This document shows, one piece after another, positions 1 to 12,601 of a stretch of 64,000 nt of DNA. Positions within the stretch are counted from its first letter, which is position 1. Every line of letters starts with the position of its first letter. The DNA lies in assembly GCF_001194135.2 (NCBI RefSeq), contig NC_068998.1, forward strand, positions 53,390,927 to 53,454,926. The letters are read 5' to 3'. Below the pieces are notes generated by a model that was given only the letters and a program-made list of their open reading frames with translations, made no database searches and was not told where the DNA came from. Both the position numbers and the translations under genes were made by a program. This stretch comes from Octopus bimaculoides (Eukaryota).

Positions 1-1071
1 GATAATTTTCCTCGGCGTTTCCGTTTAATGTTGTGCATTGTAGTCTTAAATGCAGTCATACAGCGTTGATCAATCGCAGATTTTAATGCATTGAGATTTT
101 TAATTATAATCACACATTCGGGAATGAAAAAAAAAACAACCACTCCACATAGAATGAATTGATTTTGATATTATTGATTTAAAGTGAGGAGGGGATCCTT
201 TAACTCATAAATCCAGTGACTGCTCTTTATGCGATGTACCATAACCTTAAATTCCATTTCTCTTCACCGGTAAGAAAACTCTTGAAATAATATTGAAGAT
301 CAACATTACGAACCTTAATAGAATTATACTGCAACTCAACGTTGCCATAGTCGAATTTTCACATGAATCTGTACAGTATTATCTTCTGCTATGGAAGAAG
401 AAAGTTGTCTATGACTATCAACACACAAAGTTGATTGTCCACTTCGTAAATATTATTTGAAAACCGTACACTTCACGGAAATATATCCTCAAATCCGAAA
501 TTTTCAGAAAGTCGTAAGAGATTCAAATATTACATATTAGTCACAAAAAATTAATTATGTTCGCTGTCTTTTTCAGGCATTTTCTCCTCGCAAAAATAAT
601 TACGGTTATTTGAGTATCATTGTATAACTCTTAGGTAATCGTCGTTTCTCTTTATACGTTTTAATCTGCAGACGTTTTCACCCCTTCTCATTGTGCTTAA
701 ATTGAAAATTCTTTTTATCTAAACGACACGAAGTACTTGTGGCACGAATCTTTTATGTCACGAAATTATGTGGCACGCACACATATTCACACAAAGGCGC
801 ATATAAACACAGGTTTGCGTATATACATGCATGGTTATTTGCTAAATGTAAGTACTTAAGTATATATATATATATATATACATCCATTTGCTTAAATATA
901 TGTATATAATCATACATTCACTGCGCACACGCTCACGCACACACACACACACACATACCAACACGCACACAAATGCATACACACCCACACAAAAAGATAT
1001 AGACGTATAATTAACCATACACATATATATATATATATATATATTCACAAGTACATATATATATATATATA

Positions 1072-1128
<57 letters not shown>

Positions 1129-1339
1129 CTTCCAGAAGTAAGAGTATTACACAAAGACTGAGAATTTCGTACGTTAGCACTTATCACGAAACTCAGGCTC
1201 ATGTGCCACTCTGTTACTTTTGCTGAATAATAATAATAAGAAGAAGAATTTTATATTAAGTGATAGATAGCTCGACAGGTATCGGTAATAAACAATGTAT
1301 ATATATACTACCAGAGACATTTCTATGTATGTATGTATG

Positions 1340-1432
<93 letters not shown>

Positions 1433-2065
1433 ATAAATGTGTATGAGTTATCTTTGTGTGTGCGTGTAAAGTTATTTCCTTTATTACTGCATATAAAAAA
1501 CAACGGCTGAGTCTAAAATTCTTCCTACAAAATAATTAAGTGGAAATAACTGCATTTATCTTTCCCGAATATGATTGCCAGTCTTGTTTCACAATTAGAG
1601 ATAATTTATAGCTTAATAAAGAAATAAAATATCTTGAGAAAAGTGTCATAAAAGCCTCTCAACTAAGCAACACTCGAGAAAACACGCAGCGAACTTCTTA
1701 AATGTAGGTGGAAAGGTTAGAGTACTATTAAAAAGGGGGAAAAAAGAAATAAACTCAATGTGTAGTATCAGAAATAATGATAAATAAATTCTTTCAATAC
1801 ATTATAAACACAGTAAAACATTAAAGATAAGGAGATACAAATACATCGTCGATCAACATAGATAACAAAGAAGATATAAAATGATAATAAACAAAATATG
1901 TATTAGACTTACAAATCTACTTGGCAGAACTAGAAAAAAGTAACATAACAAAGATACACATTTTCAAATTTTAGCGTTCTTGTATAGAAGATTTTAGTAC
2001 ATATAAGTAAATGTAATGCACGATAGATAATTACACATCACAATCATTAAAAACAACACCTCTAT

Positions 2066-2110
<45 letters not shown>

Positions 2111-2120
2111 NNNNNNNNNN

Positions 2121-2153
<33 letters not shown>

Positions 2154-2365
2154 TGTGTGTGCGTGCGTCAAATGTCCAAAACAACAAGCTAAGTGTATAT
2201 GTTTGATGCTAGGGAGAAATGGAAACGGTTTTGACGTTTCTAGGCTACGATCTTCGTCGTAATTGTATGCGCGCGTGTGTGTTTATGTGTGTGAGTCTGT
2301 GTGTGTATACCTATACACATACAGATGCACACACATATGGTTACAAGACGTTACAATATGGTTAC

Positions 2366-2458
2366 AATAAACACTCACAACGCCCGGTCTGGAAATCGAA
2401 ACCGTGATCCAATGACCGCGAGTCCGCTGCCCTAACCAATGGGCCATTGCGCCTCCAC
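2366..2458 (-). mobile_element. tRNA-derived SINE, family A, 5' head only
   Basis: Minus strand reads GTGGAGGCGCAATGGCCCATTGGTTAGGGCAGCGGACTCGCGG...GGTTTCGATTTCCAGACCGGGCGTTGTGAGTGT, with Pol III A/B-box-like motifs. Closely matches the head of the copy at 52490-52584. Confidence 0.85.
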
Positions 2459-3975
2459 AGAAATATGCATTAAACCTGCAGAAATGCACCAGCGCACACT
2501 CACACACACACACACTCACACTCACACACACAAACTAACTCACGAACACACTGCAGCTGTCGCCTAGACACTGTGTATACATGGCTTCCGTAACCAAATC
2601 TGAAACCTCTCCAATTAAAATAGCTTTAAAAAAAATAAGACGTTACTGCATAATTTACTCTCATTCTACTCTTATTAATTCGACAACTGCAGGCGCTAAC
2701 GAATGTTATTGAACAACACTAACAACAACACCAGCAACAACAGCAACAGCAGCTGTAAGAACAGCAAAACCAACAAGAAAAACAATAAGAAAGAACTACT
2801 GTCTTAACTATAATAAGGATATATTTCTAGACAAGGTTAAATATGAATGTTTATCTCTAAGATGCAATGCTGTCCAGCCTGAAGTAAAAACGAGAATATT
2901 TTAGATTCGTATTAAAATAGCAGGAACTAACCTCTGCTGTCTGCTAAAGAGTCTCGATGAAAACATCATTTCTTATCCCTTAACTAATCATCCACGTCAG
3001 TTTCTATTATTCGTTTATTTATCTTTATTCTCTTTTTATTTTTTCTCCTCCGTCCTTGTATTCCTCACCGTTTTTTTTTTTCGCTTATATAAAATGACTT
3101 CATTCTTCTAAGCTTTTTTGTTGAATATTATATTTCTACTCTATTTCTTAATGGACAGACGTCATAAATTACCTCTTCCTCTCATGTTCAGCTGCTTCCT
3201 CTAATTCGGTTCAGCTGCTTTTCGTCTTTGAAATCATGCATCCATTTTCGGCATGATTTATGCTCATCGTAAAATCTTATTCTTGTGTATTTTACGGAGC
3301 TTTGGTATAACGTGTGTGTTGTAATAGAAACCATGCACTCGTCTCGTAATCTGGAGAAACGCTGATCGTTTATTATTTATATTTTATATTTTCCCCACTA
3401 GAGAATCCTCCGGGGCTCATTTACTATCATTTCATCGATAAACATTCATGAGCAACACTCAGGTGAATCAGTCAAAAAAACATAGAAAACGCCCTTATCA
3501 CCAAGAGACTTTCCTTATGCTTTCCTCACAAAAATCACTGATGTGTTAAGTACACATTGCTCATAACATTAAAAATATTTGAATCCGTTAATTCTCTTCT
3601 TTCATTATTTTTTTCGTAAATAATTTTATCTTCTCATACTGTAACGTTTTTACTATGTTGAATAGTTGTCTTGCATATTGCCGCCCAATACGCTTCTATT
3701 TCCATAGCTAAGTTCGTATTTCTTCTATGACTTTTTGCTATGCCTTTTTTTTCTTCTATTTCTTCACGTGACCTTCTTTTTTCTTTTTGTCCTTCATTTT
3801 TTCGGTCATGACTTTGATATCTGGTTCTGATAATTTTCGGATCCAATACGACACGATCTCATGTTTGATTTTATATTTTGTTCATCTGAAAAAGACGCTC
3901 ATCACTTGCTTAAGTATGTCTTTTGTTATTTTGTTTGCATGGCTTTCAAATATTTTTCGTTGATTATATATGTGA

Positions 3976-4016
<41 letters not shown>

Positions 4017-5084
4017 NNNNNNNNNNTAGTTTATACAGACATAATATCTTGAAAGGTCTGTTACACCAGCAGCAACAAATTAACCCCCGTAATATAATGA
4101 CTCATCAGTCTCTAGTCATAATCAGAGTTCATCCTAAAGTACAAGCGATAGTTAAGTGTTTTAGTCCAACGACTTATTAACAGAAAGAACATTTATTTCC
4201 TAAACTAGTAAATACGAAATCTTAATACTTTGCTTGGCTGACTTACGTAACCACGCTGTGTATGGAAACATAAACAACGTTGATAATTGTATGCTAATCC
4301 CTTTAGATATTTTAACACATCAGCTTTATCGACAGCCTTCCGGCTGATATGTTCTTCAATGAAATGACTTCCACAGAAACATCAGATGGTTTTCCTGAAA
4401 CATAAAGTTATCTGCTTTAAGAAATTGTGTTTATCAGGCAATTCGTGTTGAGGTCGATTCACTTGATTACATTTGCAAACTATCAAACGGATAGCAGGTT
4501 AGCGAACGTTTTATCTCGTCCGGCACGAGAATTCAAGAATTCAATATGAAAGATACAAATGCTTTCCAAAACATTGAATAAAGAAAGAAATGTGAATAGA
4601 CACTGGAAACTATATGTGTATATATATNNNNNNNNNNNNNNNNNNNNNNNNNNNNNNNNNNNNNNNNNNNNNNNNNNNNNNNNNNNNNNNNNNNNNNNNN
4701 NNNNNNNNNNNNNNNNNNNNNNNNNNNNNNNNNNNNNNNNNNNNNNNNNNNNNNNNNNNNNNNNNNNNNNNNNNNNNNNNNNNNNNNNNNNNNNNNNNNN
4801 NNNNNNNNNNNNNNNNNNNNNNNNNNNNNNNTAAATATATATATATATAGATAGATAGATAGATAGACATATGTGTCTATGTGTATATAGAAATATGTAT
4901 ATATATTATTCTATTCATGTTTGCACACACACATACACACACATATATAAGCATATATACACGCATACATATACCATACAATCATACATAAATACATACA
5001 TACATATATACACACACACACACATACATGTATGCATGCATACATACATACATGCACACATACATACATACATACATACATACA

Positions 5085-5115
<31 letters not shown>

Positions 5116-5335
5116 GTATACACATCTTGTCTTGAAGCTATGAAATAGATAACCTTATCATAATTCTCAGGATATTTTCATGAAATTAAAAGGAACGACT
5201 TTCTTAATTTTGCCATTAACTGAAAATCAGATTCAAGGAAATTGCCATCTGACGATCTGTCTGACAATGTCCGCCGTGGCAACAAAGCTCATTACACATG
5301 CACACACGAATAACCTCGTGCCTATTCCCTTTTAA

Positions 5336-5678
5336 ACTTTACTTGTTTACACATTGGACCGCGGCCATGCTGGGGCACCGCCTTAAAGATTTCTTTAGGT
5401 GAATGAATCGACACCAGTACATACATTTTAAACTCGGTATTTATTTTATCAGTGAATTCTGCCGAAATGTTACGTCACGGTGACGTAAACACACTAATGA
5501 CGGTTGTTAGATGGTGGGGAATGGGAGAAACCCAGGCATTAAGATGTTCACACTATCTCGCTTTCTTTCACTCATGCACATAGATGAACATAAACGAAGA
5601 GCATTCAGAAGGGTTTGCTTGGCCCGTGGCTATACTAAAACACACTTGGACATGGTGCCATGCAGTGTGACGAAATCC
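5336..5678 (-). mobile_element. SINE family C, degenerate, near full length
   Basis: CGGCCATGCTGGGGCACCGCC at the left end is shared with 39765-39790. GGCCCGTGGCTATACTAAAACACACTTGGACATGGTGCCATGCAGTG at the right end is the reverse complement of the copy at 60780-60850. Confidence 0.75.
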
Positions 5679-5762
5679 TAATCTAAATAGTTGCTAAGCA
5701 AATTACTTCCCACACAACAACACCTTCAGCTATATATGAACAAATATATCTACGTGCATTTA

Positions 5763-5796
<34 letters not shown>

Positions 5797-7056
5797 NNNN
5801 NNNNNNNNNNNNNNNNNNNNNNNNNNNNNNNNNNNNNNNNNNNNNNNNNNNNNNNNNNNNNNNNNNNNNNNNNNNNNNNNNNNNNNNNNNNNNNNTTATT
5901 AAAGAATTTTACCTTAAAAGGAATAGACAGGCCACACTTAATCTAACGTAAATCTCTAAATCTTAAACAGTATATAAAACAAATAACAGTTACAGTTAGA
6001 TTTAAGAGTATCTATTTATTGTCTCCTCCTGAACTCAACCTCTCTAATATTACTATAGTCTTAGAGAATTTTTCAGAGTATTTTATTTTATTTATGTTGT
6101 TCCCACAATATTTAGCGCATGACAGAGGGTTCAGCCATTTGCACAGGCACGAGGAGGATTAAACATTATGTCGATAAGTATTCTGCCTTTGTTAACTTTT
6201 TTACTAACTTTTTCTGTATGATTTTGTTTCTTAGATTTTTTAATGAGTTTTATTCAATAAATTTATATCGTATATAGTGGTTTTTACTAAATAATCTTTT
6301 TAAATACTATTAACTCACTTTTGATATTAAAAAAAATGGTAATTTATACTCGTATAGATAGGGGTAAATATTACACTAAATTATGAATGCCCGTAATGTT
6401 TATATAGATAGCTTATAGGATTTGATGTGTTTATAATATAGTCGTTGAGGCTTTCCTTAGGTTTAGCATTTTCTATATATATCGGTATTGTAATTTTAGG
6501 TGTTTAATTTTTTATTTTTTTAAAATTAAATTTTTAAAAATATATTTGTAATTTATATATTTTTATTCATGTTCTTATTTTTCTATTTAATATGACTTAT
6601 AATATGTATTTTTAACTTTGATCTGTTAATAATAATAACAATAAGATAAATAGCATGAGGACGCATTGGTGGATTTATGTATTAGGTATAGCCTTGATTT
6701 ACCCGCGGAAATACGTGTAGCGTTGATTAAAAATATCTTCTTTCCCCAGACTAATAACAGGTAAAATGTTTTCACCCTCTCCATGATATAGCTGCCATAG
6801 CAGATTTTTTTTCGAATAATCGTAACAAGATATATGAACGTGTCGTTTATTCTCTTTGTAAATTAAAGACATACAATTTGACATTCAAGGAAAGAACATG
6901 CAAATTTTGGCACAACATTCAAGCATTCATAAGCATATTGTTAGTTTGAGAGATCAGGTCACACATTTATAATACATCTTTCCAAAAAACTGCAAACAAA
7001 TATCAGAGTTATACAGAGATTCTTCAAGACATGCCAGAAAAATTGCTGAAAGTACA

Positions 7057-7127
7057 CGTAATGACAGACGAAATATCGCTAAGCATTTCGCCCGGCGTGC
7101 TAACGTTTCTCCAAGCTCGCTGCCTTA
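7057..7127 (-). mobile_element. SINE family B, 5' fragment
   Basis: GACAGACGAAATATCGCTAAGCATTTCGCCCGGCGTGCTAACG is nearly identical to 62252-62293 and is the reverse complement of 9491-9555. Confidence 0.85.
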
Positions 7128-7171
7128 CCCTCAGAAAGATACCACAACATGATATTCGCTCAATGTAATAC

Positions 7172-7387
7172 GTGACAAGTGGTTACGGGTATTGGACTCA
7201 TGATCGTAAGAATGTGATTTCAATTCCTGGACCAGACGACGCATTGTTTTGTTGGGCAAAACACTTCATTTCACGTTGTACCAGTCCACTCAGCTGGCAG
7301 AAATGAGTAATCCTACAACAGGCCGGCGTCCCGTCCAAGTGGGGAATTTATACGCCATGGAAGCTGAGAAACCGGTTCTGTAAGTCT
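7172..7387 (+). mobile_element. tRNA-derived SINE family D
   Basis: tRNA-like head (AGTGGTTACGGGTATTGGACTCATGATCGT...TTCAATTCCTGG), then GGGCAAAACACTTCATTTCACGTTGTACCAGTCCACTCAGCTG, which is similar to 27068-27110. The 3' part loosely recalls the Nin-type SINE central domain (from memory). Confidence 0.65.
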
Positions 7388-8179
7388 ATATGACACAGAA
7401 GGAATTTTGACTACAGGTGATATACACGCAAATATTTTGATAGTCGTAGCTGACTCTATCTTCTTCAGTGATATCGACGAAGAATATGAGACTACCACAG
7501 CTAAGTATATTGTTTGCCAAAGGCTCTATTAATCAGTGTATGATCTGTTCTTTTAACAGCGACTGCAATGCGAACTTTCAAGTCAGGGATCGCTATCCTT
7601 CACTGAGTAGCAGAATTCGGAGAGTCATCGCCATTCAAAAACACCGATACGACATAAGTCAAGCAATGTCATTAAGGTAGCGGCCAAATCGCCCTTAGCA
7701 GAATGATCCGTCTGAGTAATATAAACGTTTGTTTGTATAGAACTATGAACTTGGAAAATATAGCAAAACCCAGGGTATATTTCCAATATATTCTATTGAA
7801 CACGTGAATTTTATTTAATATAAACTGACTTAGGTACAAATAAACATAAATAATAACATAACCACTGTCATATCTATGTAGCTAATATACGATGTTGATA
7901 CACACTGCAGCCAAGTTCTTATTTTCTCATAATAAATATTTCATACTGCTGCCTACGTAAGGGCAAGGCCCTAATATAATTAGATACACTAATATGACCA
8001 AACTTAATTTGCGTAATATTTGATTATACGGCAATTTCTATCAATATTTCCTCAAATCCCAATTGGAACTCTAAAATCAAATCATATAATATCTATATAA
8101 TAATATATTGTCTTATACTATATATTTATATATGTATATAACGTACGATTTATCTATCCTAATACACACATATGTTTAC

Positions 8180-8221
<42 letters not shown>

Positions 8222-8722
8222 TTGTGTGTATGTGTGTGTGCATGTGTGTGTGTGTATATATGTATGTGTGTGTATATATATATAGACTGTGTGTGTATAT
8301 ATATATAGACTATGTGTATATATATATATATATANNNNNNNNNNNNNNNNNNNNNNNNNNNNNNNNNNNNNNNNNNNNNNNNNNNNNNNNNNNNNNNNNN
8401 NNNNNNNNNNNNNNNNNNNNNNNNNNNNNNNNNNNNNNNNNNNNNNNNNNNNNNNNNNNNNNNNNNNNNNNNNNNNNNNNNNNNNNNNNNNNNNNNNNNN
8501 NNNNNNNNNNNNNNNNNNNNNNNNNNNNNNNNNNNNNNNNNNNNNNNNNNNNNNNNNNNNNNNNNNNNNNNNNNNNNNNNNNNNNNNNNNNNNNNNNNNN
8601 NNNNNNNNNNNNNNNNNNNNNNNNNNNNNNNNNNNNNNNNNNNNNNNNNNNNNNNNNNNNNNNNNNNNNNNCAATGTTAATTCTCTAAATGAAGTATTAA
8701 CAGTAACTGCACGATAAAGTGT

Positions 8723-8830
8723 AGTATATTGCCACTTAAGTGTGGCTGACCCCTAGGGGTGGATGTTACTGTTGCTTTTAGCCCCAGGAGGATATCTCCT
8801 CCAGCTGGCTTATCGACACACGACTGTGTC
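8723..8830 (+). mobile_element. Single arm of a foldback MITE related to 52751-53015
   Basis: AGTATATTGCCACTTAAGTGTGG...GATGTTACTGTTGCTTTTAGCCCCAGGA...GACACACGACTGTGTC aligns colinearly with the left arm of the palindrome at 52751-52857. Confidence 0.65.
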
Positions 8831-8872
8831 AAAGTGTCATATAATGGATTTAGTTTTGGTGTTCAACGTTTG

Positions 8873-8912
<40 letters not shown>

Positions 8913-9490
8913 CGTTGCTCTGTGTATGTGTGTGTGTTGGTGTTCACGAGTGTGTTTTTTTATACACACATTCAAACATACAGATTTGTATACATGCTTA
9001 CGTACCCAAATCTACGCACAAACTCATACTTTGACGTTTGTATTCCAACGCAATTACATAGATGTTTTCTTGTTTATTTTTATTTTTCATTGATTTAATA
9101 TACATTTCGTAGAATATCATTTTTTACACTTTAATTATTGTAAAATGTACTTAGCAATTAATTAAATACATTAATATTATTTATGTTTTCTCCTCTTGTC
9201 AATGTCTGCAACAAGATTCTGTCGAAGAAGAGATATAGTCTAATTCAAAGCTAATAATTTCAAATATTGTATAATAAATTAAAAGTTAGAAGCAGCTGAG
9301 TGTCTTAACTCTGTGAAAGATGTGAAATGAACGCATGAGTTAAACAAGCATCATGATTTATCTGTAAGTGTTTCAAAGTGTATATTTTATTGAAATAAAT
9401 TTATTGAAATGATGCAGAAAAATTATATTGAAATATAATTTTTGATAATGACGCTTGTATATGGGGTTTTATTAATACACGGCAATCGTA

Positions 9491-9598
9491 AGGCGGTGAG
9501 CTGGCAGAATCGTTAGCACGCTGGGCGAAGTGCTTAGCGGTATTTCGTCTGCCTTTACGTTCTGAGTTCAAATGCCGCCGAGGTCGACTTTGCCTTTC
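9491..9598 (+). mobile_element. SINE family B, 5' half
   Basis: AGGCGGTGAGCTGGCAGAATCGTTAGCACG...TTCTGAGTTCAAATGCCGCCGAGGTCGACTTTGCCTTTC. Matches the reverse complement of 62410-62521. Confidence 0.9.
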
Positions 9599-10649
9599 GC
9601 TGTTTTCCTTCCTGCACGACTTCTCTCTATATTCGTATTGCTTCTAGCATTAACGAACAGTCAGGTCTCTCAATCCTTCTATAATGATTTTTCTTTATTT
9701 TCATTCAGCTGTTGAATTTCCACATCATAGTTTATTTGATTTTCCATTCCCCCCACATTTAGCGTGTCATCAGTTTCTGCATTATCAGATTCTTGGTGGC
9801 CTAAACTTTTCTTACTTAATATATTTTCAATTTGAACTCTCTCTTCTACACGTTTCACACAATAAAAAATTATTTTTCCAAATCTGGAGTGCTCGTTTGC
9901 CCACACCACTTCTCCTCCGTCTTTTTAAAGAAAGACATTTGGTCGCAAATTTGTTATCTTCCTTGCTCCATTTTCTTCTGCTCCCGTCTTAATTCTGTGG
10001 TTTTATAAACTTGTGGTCGTAAACGTCTGCTTTATTTTGTATTACAATCGCATGATGAGGACTTGTGGATCTCATTAGCCTCTGAGGTGAGCTACTAATA
10101 GCCTTACTCCCGTCTCACATGCCATGCCAAATGACTTCGTCCTTTGTTGCCTCGAAGAGGTTTCCATCTGGAATTCCGCATCCGTAACAATTTCAATCCA
10201 TTATTCCTACTGGTATCATTTTCACGAAACTTGCATTTATGTGGTTGCACAAATACCAGTGTTTTTATTGTGTACACCACCACTAAAAAAAAGTCACTAA
10301 CCAAAGCTAAAGACACCTCGGCCACATAAATCTACCAACTCCCCGGACGCGGAGGTACTCGTTCGAGAAAGATTATTTGACAAGAGTAACCTGTTCATCC
10401 TATCCAAGAAATACGGCTAACCGCGCTGGACACCGGTCTGGCATCTTTCTTTACTTTCACCAGACGAGATTAACTTATTATATGTCTTAATTGCTTTTCG
10501 GTATGCATGTGTAGTACACTGAGTTCAATATCTATCATTCAGGGATTGCATATCTCTAAATTGTTATCTTGTACAGTCACTTCACACTAAAATGTTCAAG
10601 AACACGCGCACTCTATTCAATGCTCTTCTGTTATCTCGTCTATCACAAA

Positions 10650-10716
<67 letters not shown>

Positions 10717-10859
10717 CAGAGAAAATATAGATGGATAGATACATACATACATACATAAATAATTCTTCCCTTTTGAGGAATCTTGTTATATTGCTTTATG
10801 GAAAGGTCATTCATTTATATTCTCGTCCATTCGAATTATGATGCAATTGTCATTTCCAA

Positions 10860-11340
10860 CCTGTATTCCAATATCTCTGCTAAAACTTCATAGAGACAGT
10901 AACACATTTTAAAATTTGATGTGGTCATTTCTTGCAGAGAGTTTCACAAGAAGATACATTGGTTAGTTCAGCGGTAATACATATGACGTATTGATTATAT
11001 AACACGCAAAATTGGTGATGTGTATTTGCTTGGAACATTCAGTGCTCTATTAATTTCAACTTGATCTGGGAATATTTCTTCATAAAATAGCTACACTCTT
11101 CTCTTCTCCATGCTTACTCAATATCGTTTTGTGTTCCATTACCGATACGAAGGTTTTTCAGAAATCCTGAAATCTCGAAAGAATCATGAAATATGAGGAC
11201 ACATCATGTTTGTAGGTTACATTTTCTGGATGGCCCAGAAGAATTTCAAAATTTCGATGTTGTCTTTAGAGTTAATGTGACGGGATAGCATGAACTCCAT
11301 TTGACTTTAGAAATTAAATTTTAAAAAGTCGGCTACGAAG
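10860..11340 (-). mobile_element. Decayed Helitron (PIF1-like helicase) fragment
   Basis: Manual translation across stops and frameshifts gives FVADF...LKFFWAIQKM*PTNM-VLIFHDSFEISGFLKNLRIGNG...EEIFPD...*PHQILK. This follows the order of Helitron helicase motifs (GDFRQ, LKSSxLW, TNMRV, LLxIGxG, FP, PPHxLxLK). Confidence 0.55.
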
Positions 11341-12553
11341 TTTATGTATCGGGCTTCTTTGCTAAAGGAATTTGTATTTCATTTGGAATAGGAACTCGCA
11401 GACTGCGATAACCGATTATTTTTCACCATTTTATCAAAATGACACAACTTATCAGTTTTCCAGTCTATTTTAGTGTCACCCATTTCTATTAGCAATCACA
11501 CTTTCTCATTCCATGAAGATGTGAACAGCAATAACTTTCAACACTAATATTCCCTTAACTATTTTTAATTGTCCTAACTACCTTTTTCCAGCTCGGGATA
11601 GCTTAAATTATGTCCGGCATCAAGGATGGTATCTTTCAAAATTTGAGTTCATATTTCAAACTTTGTAACCCCAACACTAACAAATTATATTTGTAAAAGT
11701 AAATAAATATAAATAAACATGACGGCTTTACTTTTATTTGAAATTCTATCCTTGACTGCACTATTCATTCAGTCTGTTATATTATCATGTTCTACTTGTT
11801 TTTTCTCTTTTTACTCCAAATTTCGGAAACTAATTACTTTGACTTACACGACGCTGTCATTTCATTTTCCTGTTGTTCTTCTGTACAGTTCACTTGTCGT
11901 TGATTCATTTCCATTAAAAATAAAAAAAAACGCACTGAAAAACAACATGAAACTGAAGTCTATTTTCAGTATTCAAAAAGCATTGTTCAGACTCTGTAGA
12001 CATCTACTTCTATTTTATTTTCCCTTCAATCTTTATTCTATTTCTTTAAATACTGTTTATATATCGCAACATTTTGTATTAATTTCTCTTTTCTTCATTC
12101 TACTTCATAAACCACGTTTGTTTCTTTTTGGAAATGAGAAGAGTTGACTTTAAACATTTTCGTTGTTCTAATTTTATTTTCCACTAAGATTGTGTTTTAT
12201 TCTGTTCAATGACTAATACAAATATACATACACAGACACACGCACACGTAAAACATTCACACATGCATACACATGTATATTAATACGTATGTACGTACGT
12301 ATTTATGTTCACATGCATGTATCAAAGTGTCAATAAAACATAATTGGTATTATGGATGGTATTTATTTGTATCAGCTCTCGGTGAGAATATTGTGCAATA
12401 CTTGCTGCCAGGGATGGCTACGTGGTTAACAAGTTTGCTACATATTAATATATCTTCTGGTTTATTGTTGCCACTTTCTGCCTTCATGTCTTCCAGCAGA
12501 GCCAATGTAAGCTATTCAGATGGCTCACTGATATGTGCGATACATACACATGC

Positions 12554-12601
<48 letters not shown>

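Noticed and set aside
33-92. GTGCATTGTAGT matches the first 12 nt of miR-33 and sits in a weak hairpin
   Set aside because: The rest of the mature sequence differs, the stem is only about 13 bp, and a 12-mer match among many known miRNAs is plausible by chance.
3540-3846. Lys/Glu-rich minus-strand ORF with possible LINE linker resemblance
   Set aside because: No diagnostic motif; compatible with low-complexity DNA.
842-5143. ORF-track entries rich in YI/HT/CV/N repeats or X runs (here and throughout the window)
   Set aside because: Translations of (TA)n, (CA)n, (TTA)n microsatellites and N gaps; not proteins.
5990-6640. Extremely AT-rich tract suspected to be a NUMT or an L1/Tx1 3' end (PRACANG*TLCHAL at about 6105-6160)
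   Set aside because: No recognisable mitochondrial gene or rRNA; a single weak Cys/His motif is not enough to call a LINE.
12377-12506. Plus-strand exon-like block (LGENIVQYLLPGMATW...|GTAAGC)
   Set aside because: Mediocre acceptor, no partner exon, and the opposite strand reads equally well.
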